The notes beneath the pieces were generated by a model. It was given only the letters and a program-made list of their open reading frames with translations. It did not search any database and was not told where the DNA came from. The position numbers were made by a program, and so were the translations under genes. A stretch of DNA of 24,000 nucleotides from Euryarchaeota archaeon ADurb.BinA087 (GTDB lineage Archaea; Halobacteriota; Methanomicrobia; Methanomicrobiales; Methanospirillaceae), in NCBI GenBank assembly GCA_002068435.1, contig MVZQ01000007.1:11958-35957 (forward strand), written 5' to 3'. Shown here piece by piece: positions 7,874-15,570 of the stretch (positions are counted from its first letter, which is position 1; the number at the start of each line of letters is the position of its first letter).

Positions 7874-8557
7874 ATGAAACAGGTGATGGGAGTACTAATC
7901 GGGATATTCATCGTCATGCTCTGTATTACGCCAGCGATGGCAGCAAAACCTCTGGATACAGAGGAGGGTGTCGTTGCCGGGGAAATGAATACTGCGACGG
8001 TGGGAACATTTGAACAAACCACGAATCCTGGAGGAATATCAAGAACAATGGGTGATACCTATCGCATTGATACGCAAACTCCGGTTCTCGATGGGAGTGC
8101 CTTTACCAATTATGATACCCTCTTCATTCATGGGACGATGGCAAAGGCCAATCCCTCTTCATTCGGTGTTAATTTTGAGGGCGATTATTCTGACGGCCAT
8201 TCTATTAATCTTAATCCATCTGTTTATAATGTCTATGTAAGCTGCCCCTTTGTTAGTTATCATTCGAAGCAAGGAGGTATACAACCCAGAGCCAGATATC
8301 TTGGCTTGGAGTATAAGACATCGGAAACAGCAGAAATTACCGGGGTATGGATATTTAATGGCCACAATTCTCTTGGATATATTAGTTTTAACCCTCCACT
8401 CAAAAGCACCGCAGGCTTTACAACTCGAGTTATTGATCTGGAAGGCTGGCATCTATTCGATCGCGGATTGAATATGGTGTTAGGAATTCGAAATCCATCA
8501 TCGACATCTTACGGGAATGTCATGATCGGAGGATATGGAGCCAGGTTTGAGTGGTAG
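7874..8557 (+). CDS. Secreted protein, paralog 1 of an unrecognised ~230-aa family (C-terminus GGYGARFEW)
   Basis: Sec signal peptide MKQVMGVLIGIFIVMLCITPAMA|A. Shared blocks with paralogs 2 and 3: DTQ(T/S)PVLDGSAFTNYDT.F.HG, GG.QP..RYLG.EY, W..FDRGLN..L.IRN, GGYGARFEW-stop. The start is set at ATG 7874 by alignment with the paralogs; the GTG at 7865 in the track is 3 codons upstream. Confidence 0.85.
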   Translation: MKQVMGVLIGIFIVMLCITPAMAAKPLDTEEGVVAGEMNTATVGTFEQTTNPGGISRTMGDTYRIDTQTPVLDGSAFTNYDTLFIHGTMAKANPSSFGVNFEGDYSDGHSINLNPSVYNVYVSCPFVSYHSKQGGIQPRARYLGLEYKTSETAEITGVWIFNGHNSLGYISFNPPLKSTAGFTTRVIDLEGWHLFDRGLNMVLGIRNPSSTSYGNVMIGGYGARFEW

Positions 8558-8564
8558 CCCTCTC

Positions 8565-8570
8565 TTTTTT
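8565..8570 (+). terminator. Oligo-T terminator candidate after paralog 1
   Basis: A T6 run lies 8 nt after the stop. Confidence 0.4.
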
Positions 8571-8769
8571 AATTGCTGAATTCTCTAGGGAACAATGCCA
8601 GATTGCATATATATTGGCTCATTTCCTCACTATTACCAGGGAAATACCCCCTATCAGTTTCACCGGTCACCCATACCCCCTAGTAAACGCTGAATTACCA
8701 TCGATTATCATGCATACCAGATGAATTTCCGATTAAATTGAAAAAGATGGGCCACCTCCCACTCGACGC

Positions 8770-10503
8770 TCATGCATCACTAATCGCAAACGTCCCGTTG
8801 CTAACATCAGTACAGGCCGGATAGCTGGTGCTGGTAACCCGTATCCAGTAGTCCGATCCCAACGGAGTGGAGGAGGGAATCGGAACAATATAGGGACCGG
8901 ATTCACTCGCGTCGATCGGAGCGGGAACAATCGTGAATGGTGCATCGCTCGTGTCCGTACAGGCAGGATAGCTGGTGCTGGTCACCCGGATAGTATAATC
9001 ATCACCGAGGGGGGTGGAGAAGGGGATGGTCAGATCCAGAGATCCCGTTCCATTCAATCCGATAGGACAGCTGGAGCTGAGGGTCTTTAAAAGCGTGCCC
9101 GATCGGAGTGCCTCGATTTTTACCGTGGACCCAGGATTGCCGCTGTAGCTCCACCAAATGGTATGGAGGGAACCCTGGAACCAGTCTTCCCCTCCGTCAG
9201 GAGTGACAACGGTGAGAGCGGGAACAATCGTGAATGGTGCATCGCTCGTGTCCGTACAGGCAGGATAGCTGGTGCTGGTGATTCGAATCGTATAATCATC
9301 ACCGAGGGGGGTGGAGAAGGGAACGGTCAGATCCAGAGATCCCGTTCCATTCAATCCGATAGGATAGCTGGAGCTGATGGTCTTTAAGAGCGTTCCCGAC
9401 CGGAGTACCTCGATTTTCACCATGGAGCCGGGATTACTGGTATAACTCCACCTGATGGTCTGGCTGGAACCCTGAAGCCACGCTTCACCGCCATCAGGAG
9501 AGATCATGGTAATAGCCGGACTTATCGTGAAGGGAGTATCGCTCGTATCAATACAGGTCGGACATCGGGTACTGGTGACCCGGATCATGTAATCGTTCCC
9601 CGGGGGCAGGGAATAAGGAACCGTCACCGGGAACGATCCCGATCCTCCCGATCCGATATCCATGTTTGGATGAACCACCCGTACCGCGGTTCCCTTCAGG
9701 AGCTCGATTTTCACGGCAGGGCCTGGATCGCTGGTATAGTTCCACCGAATAGTCTGCAGGGAACCCTGCACCCAGTCTTCACCGCCCCCCGGAGTTGCGA
9801 CCGTGATGGAGGGGACCACACTGATCGAGAAGGTGGCATCACTGGTATCACCTACGCTCGGATAGCGGGTGCTGTTGACCCGGACCCGGTACTCGGTCCC
9901 GAGGGGCATGTCAGGCGGGACTGGCACGATGAGAGACCCTGTTCCGTCTGTTCCCACCGGGGTGCCGGGGGTGACGATCCCGAACAGGGTTGACCCATTC
10001 AGCAGCTCGATCCTGACCGTGGTACCCGGATACCCGGTATACTCCCACCTGATGATCTGGTACGTGCCCCGGGGCCAGTCTTCACCGCCGTTGGGAGACA
10101 CTACAGTGATGGTCGGCTTGGGAAACACCGTGATGTAGCGGTACTTGATCTCGGTATCACTCCCCTGCCCATTGGTTGCCGTCAATTTCACGGAATATGT
10201 GCCGGGTTCCGGGTAGGTGAAGGCCGGGTTTTTCGACTGGCTGTCCCTGATGCCGTCATTCTGGAAATCCCACGCCCAGCTGGTCGGGGAGTTTATGGAC
10301 TGATCAAAGAACTGGACCGTCAACGGGGCATTGCCATACCGAATATCAGAGGTAAATTCTGCTATGGGAAGAAAGCAGCTGGGGCATCCTGATCCATCGA
10401 CTTCCGACGCGCCGGTCGGTGCTGCAGCACTCACGTTTCCTCCGCTCATTGCCAGCATGGCAATGAGGATTGTCATAATTACACTGGTTTTTTCCAAGGC
10501 CAT
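8770..10503 (-). CDS. Secreted surface protein: signal peptide, PKD domain, four full and one half copy of the same ~99-aa repeat domain as the gene at 3-1886
   Basis: Signal MALEKTSVIMTILIAMLAMSGGNVSAAA. The PKD-like segment is PIAEFTSDIRYGNAPLTVQFFDQS...WAWDFQNDG....NPAFTYPEPGTYSVKLTATNGQGSD. Repeats follow as SP(N/D)GGE.W.QGS..I.W.Y....G..V.IE.L......(variable)..GTGS....VP...PLG..Y.IR.TST.YP.C.DTSDAPFTI. The start is set at ATG 10503 (GAGAGGTGGAG Shine-Dalgarno-like upstream); the track uses GTG 10515. Confidence 0.85.
   Translation of the reverse strand: MALEKTSVIMTILIAMLAMSGGNVSAAAPTGASEVDGSGCPSCFLPIAEFTSDIRYGNAPLTVQFFDQSINSPTSWAWDFQNDGIRDSQSKNPAFTYPEPGTYSVKLTATNGQGSDTEIKYRYITVFPKPTITVVSPNGGEDWPRGTYQIIRWEYTGYPGTTVRIELLNGSTLFGIVTPGTPVGTDGTGSLIVPVPPDMPLGTEYRVRVNSTRYPSVGDTSDATFSISVVPSITVATPGGGEDWVQGSLQTIRWNYTSDPGPAVKIELLKGTAVRVVHPNMDIGSGGSGSFPVTVPYSLPPGNDYMIRVTSTRCPTCIDTSDTPFTISPAITMISPDGGEAWLQGSSQTIRWSYTSNPGSMVKIEVLRSGTLLKTISSSYPIGLNGTGSLDLTVPFSTPLGDDYTIRITSTSYPACTDTSDAPFTIVPALTVVTPDGGEDWFQGSLHTIWWSYSGNPGSTVKIEALRSGTLLKTLSSSCPIGLNGTGSLDLTIPFSTPLGDDYTIRVTSTSYPACTDTSDAPFTIVPAPIDASESGPYIVPIPSSTPLGSDYWIRVTSTSYPACTDVSNGTFAISDA
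8921..9513 (-). repeat. Two adjacent intragenic repeat units (297-nt period) with a highly similar half
   Basis: gcgggaacaatcgtgaatggtgcatcgctcgtgtccgtacaggcaggatagctggtgctgg occurs at 8921 and 9218. The first ~170 nt of each unit are nearly identical and the rest is more diverged. A third homologous unit starts at ~9514. Confidence 0.85.
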
Positions 10504-10622
10504 CCTGATCTCCACCTCTCAGGAAATGATCTGCATCTTCTCATGTTATAGGTGATTATGTTGACGCAGTCCCCACCCAAGTGAACCTATCGCAGACACC
10601 AGCAGGGATTGGGCACCAGAGA

Positions 10623-10730
10623 AGCTTTTTACCGTAGAACTGGTGTAGTGGGCAACAAGGAGCTCTGACAGATAGGAGTGAGGAGGCCTCTCAGTCTCTC
10701 GGATGTATCCTTGCCACGAGGTGTGAGAAG
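10623..10730 (+). promoter_or_regulatory. Conserved promoter and ~80-100-nt 5' leader of paralog 2
   Basis: It aligns with 11587-11687 through TATA-like ctttttac, then gtagtgggcaacaaggagctctga...gtctctc.ga.gtatcc.t.ccacgaggtgtgagaagATG. The last ~35 nt are also shared with the paralog 1 upstream region (7840-7873). GAGGTG serves as the Shine-Dalgarno-like element. Confidence 0.55.
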
Positions 10731-11429
10731 ATGAAACGCATGAGGGTAGTGTTGCTCGGAGTATTCATCATAATGCTCTGTGTGATGCCAGCGATGGCAG
10801 AGAAACCAGGGGATATGGAGGAGGACCTTCTTGTCCAAGGACCTGATGCAGCGGGATCAGTACCATCTGAGGGTCCAGCGCATACCGTGATTACTCCAGC
10901 CGGGCCAGTATATGGCAGCATTGACACCCAAAGCCCGGTCCTGGACGGTGGTGCTTTTACCAATTATGACACCGTCTTCGTCCATGGAGTGAATGCAGAG
11001 AATTATGTACCCAATCCTGATGTAGAGCGGGTTGAATTACTTGAACGGGGCGTTTATACACGGCTGAATCCAAAGACGTCCACGTATTATCCCCAAACCG
11101 GCATATTTTGTCCGATTCCCAGTTATCAGTTGAAGACCGGGGGAGTGCAGCCAAAAGTCAGATATCTTGCAGTGCAGCATTACAGCCTTGGGGTATCAGG
11201 ATCGAAGGCCTGGCCTGAGGTTTATTATGTCGGCGTATACAATGGATACACCCAAGTCGATTCCTTCAGTATGACCTTCTCTAGTACGAGCCCGACGACT
11301 CAAATTATTAATCTTGGTGAGTGGTATACCTTCGATCGTGGATTGAATCTCGTTCTCTATATCAGGAACGGAATGGATGCACCAAGTTCTTTCGCAGTAT
11401 GTGGGTATGGAGCCAGGTTTGAATGGTAA
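10731..11429 (+). CDS. Secreted protein, paralog 2 of the unrecognised family (C-terminus CGYGARFEW)
   Basis: Signal MKRMRVVLLGVFIIMLCVMPAMA|E, with the same conserved blocks as paralogs 1 and 3. Confidence 0.88.
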   Translation: MKRMRVVLLGVFIIMLCVMPAMAEKPGDMEEDLLVQGPDAAGSVPSEGPAHTVITPAGPVYGSIDTQSPVLDGGAFTNYDTVFVHGVNAENYVPNPDVERVELLERGVYTRLNPKTSTYYPQTGIFCPIPSYQLKTGGVQPKVRYLAVQHYSLGVSGSKAWPEVYYVGVYNGYTQVDSFSMTFSSTSPTTQIINLGEWYTFDRGLNLVLYIRNGMDAPSSFAVCGYGARFEW

Positions 11430-11462
11430 CTTCCTGATGATGTTTCCCATTCTGAACGTTCC

Positions 11463-11478
11463 TTTTTTTTAAAAAAAA
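11463..11478. terminator. Palindromic T8A8 tract, candidate bidirectional oligo-T terminator
   Basis: ttttttttaaaaaaaa lies 34 nt after the paralog 2 stop. Confidence 0.5.
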
Positions 11479-11586
11479 TGAAACTCTCCCATTTTGAACA
11501 ACGCTGCTAAAACCATTTCAGTGCCTTCGCAGATTCAACCCGATATTGAATGCAGGGTTCAACTTAAGGGAGCACGTCCAGGTAAG

Positions 11587-11687
11587 GTTTTTTTACAGAA
11601 CCGGTGAAGTGGGTAACAAGGAACTCTGATAGAGGGGCAAATCATCTGAAGTCTCTCAGAGGTATCCTTTCCACGAGGTGTGAGAAG
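11587..11687 (+). promoter_or_regulatory. Conserved promoter and 5' leader of paralog 3
   Basis: See 10623-10730. The sequence is gtttttttacagaaccggtgaagtgggtaacaaggaactctga...gtctctcagaggtatcctttccacgaggtgtgagaagATG. Confidence 0.55.
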
Positions 11688-12389
11688 ATGAAACGCATGA
11701 TGGTGGTGTTGCTTGGAGTATTCATTATAATGCTCTGTATCATGCCAACGATGGCAAAGAAACCGGGGGATACGGAGGAAGAACTCGTTGTCCAGGGACC
11801 TGATGCGACAGCATCAATACCCTCAGTGAGTCCGGCGGATACGATGAACGCTCCAACCGGGCTAATATCAGGTAGTGTTGATACACAAAGCCCGGTCCTT
11901 GATGGCAGTGCTTATACCAATTATGATACCGTCTTCGTTCATGGGCTGAATGCAGTGGCGGATGTGAATGATGTTGATATAGAAAGGGTTGATTATTACG
12001 GCAGTGGCCTCGATACCCTGCTGCGGGCGAAGACCTCTTCATTGTATCCGATGGTTAAAATATACTGCCCGATGCCCGGGTATGATAAGAAGACGGGAGG
12101 AGCGATACCAAGAGTCAGGTATATTGGCATAGAATATGTATCGGGCCTTGGCCAGGATGATTACGCCTATCCGCAAGTGTATTATGTATCGGTCTATAAC
12201 GGACGCACCCGGGTCAAGGATGTCGATATCATTTTCGCTACGAATGGTCATTGGGATCTCCAGGTAATCGATCTGGGTGCCTGGTATCCCTTCAATCGCG
12301 GATTGAATATCGCCCTCTCAGTAAGGAATGGCGCACCAAATGACCTGAGTTTCTATGTCGGAGGGTACGGAGCGAGGTATGAGTGGTAA
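11688..12389 (+). CDS. Secreted protein, paralog 3 of the unrecognised family (C-terminus GGYGARYEW)
   Basis: The start is set at ATG 11688 (MKRMMVVLLGVFIIMLCIMPTMA|K) by alignment with paralog 2. The 28 upstream codons of the tracked ORF correspond to the conserved leader, not to coding sequence. Confidence 0.88.
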   Translation: MKRMMVVLLGVFIIMLCIMPTMAKKPGDTEEELVVQGPDATASIPSVSPADTMNAPTGLISGSVDTQSPVLDGSAYTNYDTVFVHGLNAVADVNDVDIERVDYYGSGLDTLLRAKTSSLYPMVKIYCPMPGYDKKTGGAIPRVRYIGIEYVSGLGQDDYAYPQVYYVSVYNGRTRVKDVDIIFATNGHWDLQVIDLGAWYPFNRGLNIALSVRNGAPNDLSFYVGGYGARYEW

Positions 12390-12399
12390 CTCTCTCGTG

Positions 12400-12408
12400 T
12401 TTTTTTTT
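12400..12408 (+). terminator. Oligo-T terminator candidate after paralog 3
   Basis: A T9 run lies 10 nt after the stop. Confidence 0.5.
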
Positions 12409-12549
12409 CGATCCGGCCCTTATAGTGACGTGAATCCGTCTCCATGAACAACACTACCCACGTTATTCGCTTACATAAGCGTTTTACCGGCCGATCGATC
12501 CGCGAAGATCGAATCAGAAATGAAAAAGATTTCAGGAAGTGATCCCCTG

Positions 12550-12981
12550 TCATTTCTCGACAATCTCTTTCACATTGACCAGGCTCTTCTTCATCTCCTT
12601 TCGCATCGCGTTCACGATGAACGGTGACAGAATCCGCATGCATCCGCTGAATTTCATGTCATACGTCAAGGTAAACTTCGTCCCCCCGGGGGTGGGAGTA
12701 AAGGTATTGTGCTGTTCGATGAAGACCGAACCCGAATCGATATTCTTCCCAAAATTCTTATTCGGTTCATACTCGGTTGCGGTTGCGGTCCAGGGCATTG
12801 ATCGGCCCATCAGCCGGGTAACACCCTTAAACGTGCTCCCGACTCCGACCGGGCCTTTCGAGGTCTGCTCGGCTTCCGGTATCGCCGTATGCCATCTGCT
12901 CCACTGTGCTGCATCGGTCGTGACGGCAAAGACCTTCTCGACCGGTCCGTTTATCTCGATACTCTCCTCAATATGCGCCAT
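12550..12981 (-). CDS. SRPBCC-superfamily protein (polyketide cyclase/dehydrase, START-like ligand-binding fold)
   Basis: MAHIEESIEINGPVEKVFAVTTDAAQWSRWHTAI...GVGSTFKGVTRLMGRSMPWTATATEYEPNKNFG... is 143 aa and fits the typical SRPBCC pattern (I.API..V...L.D...W..W). Confidence 0.85.
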   Translation of the reverse strand: MAHIEESIEINGPVEKVFAVTTDAAQWSRWHTAIPEAEQTSKGPVGVGSTFKGVTRLMGRSMPWTATATEYEPNKNFGKNIDSGSVFIEQHNTFTPTPGGTKFTLTYDMKFSGCMRILSPFIVNAMRKEMKKSLVNVKEIVEK

Positions 12982-13511
12982 CTGGGTGACCCCCTGGTCA
13001 GATCATTCGTACTCAGGAGATTCTGTGCCAATACCCGCGGCCTTCAATCGGAAAAAGAGATGAAGGGGAACTTACTGGTATCCAGAATCCCCTTGTGATA
13101 GTGACAGAAGATTTCCATCACCTGATCCTGCATAAGAGGGTATGTTCTATTTTAACCTATCCTGAAGAGCGCCTGGAGCGGTCACGAGCCGCTCCCGGGG
13201 CCCGGGATCCCCCCCTGCTCTCCTTCTTTCGATCCTCCGTTCATCGCAAACGTTGTCCTTACCGGTCCAGGGGATCTGCTGATTGATCCGGCCGATCAGG
13301 TACTTAGGACGATACTTCTCTTCGGTTCATAAACTACAGTCCCCCAATTTCCCGTGATTAGTCCAGGGGGTGTTGCTTTCGTGGAGGCCGGGGAATATCC
13401 CTGAATACCAGAAAAAAGGGGGAGAAGAGAAGCAGCAGTATCCCCATTGCATCACCCGGATAAAAAAAAGAGCAATGGTATAAATAGAACGATGGAGAGA
13501 AAGATGGATCG

Positions 13512-14204
13512 ATGGAGTTCCTGCCGAAAGGCCGGCTGGACGCATTCGCCGACGGGGTATTTGCAATCGTCATCACACTGCTCGTGCTCGATCTCGCCAT
13601 CCCTGAGGTGATGGAAGGGGTCATGCCGGCCATTCTTGAGCAGTGGCCTGCCTTTCTCGCATATATCATCAGTTTTTCTTTTGTCGGCAGCCTCTGGATC
13701 ACCCACTCATCCATCACCGCCCTGATGGAACAGGAGACCCCGCATTCATACCGGCTCACGCTCCTGATGCTCTTCTTTGTCTCGCTCATCCCTTTCACAA
13801 CGAAGCTCATGGCATTCTACCTTTCGCATCCACCCATGATCCCAGATCTTGCAAGTACTGATCTCTTCTCCTGGTGGCTTACGGTGAACGCACTGGCAAG
13901 ATCAGCACTGAGCGCTCCGGTGACCCTCTATGGCCTGGACCTGCTGGCTGCATCGGTGACGATGAATGCGATCATGAAATCCGCGATCAAGACCCCTGAT
14001 ATGCTCATCACCGAATCGGCGATCCCTGAACTGGATGCCCTGCAGCGGAGGCAGCAGTCCGGTGTCTATGTCATTGTCGCGACGCTGATCTTCGGATTCA
14101 TACTCCCGGTCGTTGCCGTATTCGGGTACATTATCGTCTCGATCGTGTTCTTTCTCACCCCCACTATCACTGTTGCAAAAACAACCCTGGGAAAAGACAA
14201 ATGA
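13512..14204 (+). CDS. TMEM175-family potassium channel (DUF1211)
   Basis: The N-terminal signature is GRLDAFADGVFAIVITLLVLDL (family motif RxxxFSDGVFAIAITLLVLE), followed by about six hydrophobic segments. The TATA-like gtataaatag at 13478-13487 is ~30 nt upstream, which suggests a leaderless start. Confidence 0.9.
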   Translation: MEFLPKGRLDAFADGVFAIVITLLVLDLAIPEVMEGVMPAILEQWPAFLAYIISFSFVGSLWITHSSITALMEQETPHSYRLTLLMLFFVSLIPFTTKLMAFYLSHPPMIPDLASTDLFSWWLTVNALARSALSAPVTLYGLDLLAASVTMNAIMKSAIKTPDMLITESAIPELDALQRRQQSGVYVIVATLIFGFILPVVAVFGYIIVSIVFFLTPTITVAKTTLGKDK

Positions 14205-14495
14205 GAAGGGGGAGTATCGTTTCGCTGGGTAGTTCCGCAAGGAAGTGCTCCACCGCAGGGAGAGGTTGAGCGGCAGTACCGCTCCGGTCCCTGGTACAAC
14301 AACCACCATCAGGGAAGACTGGTGAGAAAAGGGATGATCGGTGTGCTTGTCAACTATGGAAAAGTGACCTGCTGAGTGGAGAGCATGAATGAAGTATCTC
14401 CACACCAACGAGATTGGAGCAGGAGGAACCGAGTACTCTTCAGGGCGGCAGGAACCTTGTTTTACGGTCACAGGCAGCACCGGTCAGGTCGGGAT

Positions 14496-15299
14496 TCAGC
14501 TCACCGCCTCGAGGTCCCTGCGAATCTGACGGCGCATGAACCACTCTGCAAGCACCCCCAGGGCATGGTACAGGGGATTGACCGGGACATCGACATAATA
14601 GCGCCTCCCCTTCTCAAGCCATCCCTGGTCGGTCCAGTACTGGTGATCGGCAGGAGCCCGTTCGCCCAGCTCATCTGAAGGGGCTCTCCCGACATGAAAT
14701 GCGAGTACATCGAACAGGTTGGGTCGGGGACGTGTTCCTCTGATAAGAGCGGCAAGGAAGGCATCAGCCGCCCTCTGTAGTTTCTTCTCGTTCTCCCGGA
14801 GGACATACGAGGGGAGAGGACCAAACGTTGCATGGGATCGTATCCCTACCTTTGCGGCAACATCAAATCCCCAGATACTGGCCACGAGATTGAGATACTT
14901 CAGTACATCCGTACTTCCCACCGCACCAGCCGTGGTGAGGAGCAGGGCTTTCTGCCGGAAGAAACGGGGACGATGAAAGATATAACCATGGCGATCGATG
15001 AACAGCTTCATCAGATAAGAGACCTGGAATCCATACACCGGCGTGGCAAAAATGACCCCGTCAGCCTCTTTCATCTTCTGCTCGAGGAGCGAGGCTTCGT
15101 CCTTGAGCGTGCAATACTCCTCACCTCGTTCAAAACACTGATAGCATCCGCGGCAATTCTCGAGATGTGCCTCTTTAAGCATCACATATTCCCATTCGAC
15201 CGGGACCTTCTCCTGGATGATCTCGCGGATCCGTTCGGCGGCACGATACGTATTCCCCTTCCGCGGACTTCCCATGATGACGAGAACCTTCATGGACAT
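14496..15299 (-). CDS. Iron-sulfur flavoprotein (Isf-like), flavodoxin-like/NADPH-dependent FMN reductase fold with a C-terminal extension
   Basis: MKVLVIMGSPRKGNTY is the flavodoxin-like FMN-binding N-terminus. NCRGCYQCFERGEEYC equals C-x2-C-x2-C-x7-C, the compact [4Fe-4S] motif known from methanogen Isf. ADGVIFATPVY is also present. The start is placed at ATG 15299 or 15293 rather than 15368. A TATA-like ggttttttacc lies ~20-27 nt upstream. Confidence 0.8.
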   Translation of the reverse strand: MSMKVLVIMGSPRKGNTYRAAERIREIIQEKVPVEWEYVMLKEAHLENCRGCYQCFERGEEYCTLKDEASLLEQKMKEADGVIFATPVYGFQVSYLMKLFIDRHGYIFHRPRFFRQKALLLTTAGAVGSTDVLKYLNLVASIWGFDVAAKVGIRSHATFGPLPSYVLRENEKKLQRAADAFLAALIRGTRPRPNLFDVLAFHVGRAPSDELGERAPADHQYWTDQGWLEKGRRYYVDVPVNPLYHALGVLAEWFMRRQIRRDLEAVS

Positions 15300-15570
15300 C
15301 ACTTGGTCGTACCCGGTAAAAAACCTCTGAAAAAGATGCAGGCACCGAAAGGTACCGATCGCCATCAACCTTCTGTTCTCATGCCGGTCGAGCGAGCCAC
15401 ATGATGGGCATCTTCTTCATCAGGAAGAAGCTTTCGGAGAGAAGCATGATGCAAGGACTCCCAGGTAGTAGAGAGAAGATACCTCCATGAGAGTTTTACT
15501 TTTCTCTGCAGCATGACACGGTTTAACCAGTTCCTGAACAGCTCGAGGATACCTTGACACCATCATCACA

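Noticed and set aside
11437-11520. C/D-box sRNA-like signals (ctgatgatg ... ctga) downstream of paralog 2
   Set aside because: The C box is imperfect, and no matching C'/D pair or terminal stem occurs at the spacing expected for a 50-60-nt archaeal C/D sRNA.
12539-15404. Antisense ORFs 12539-13063 plus, 13358-13810 minus, 13902-14480 minus and 14832-15404 plus
   Set aside because: Each lies opposite a gene with a clear family signature (SRPBCC, TMEM175, Isf) and lacks any motif or sensible start context.
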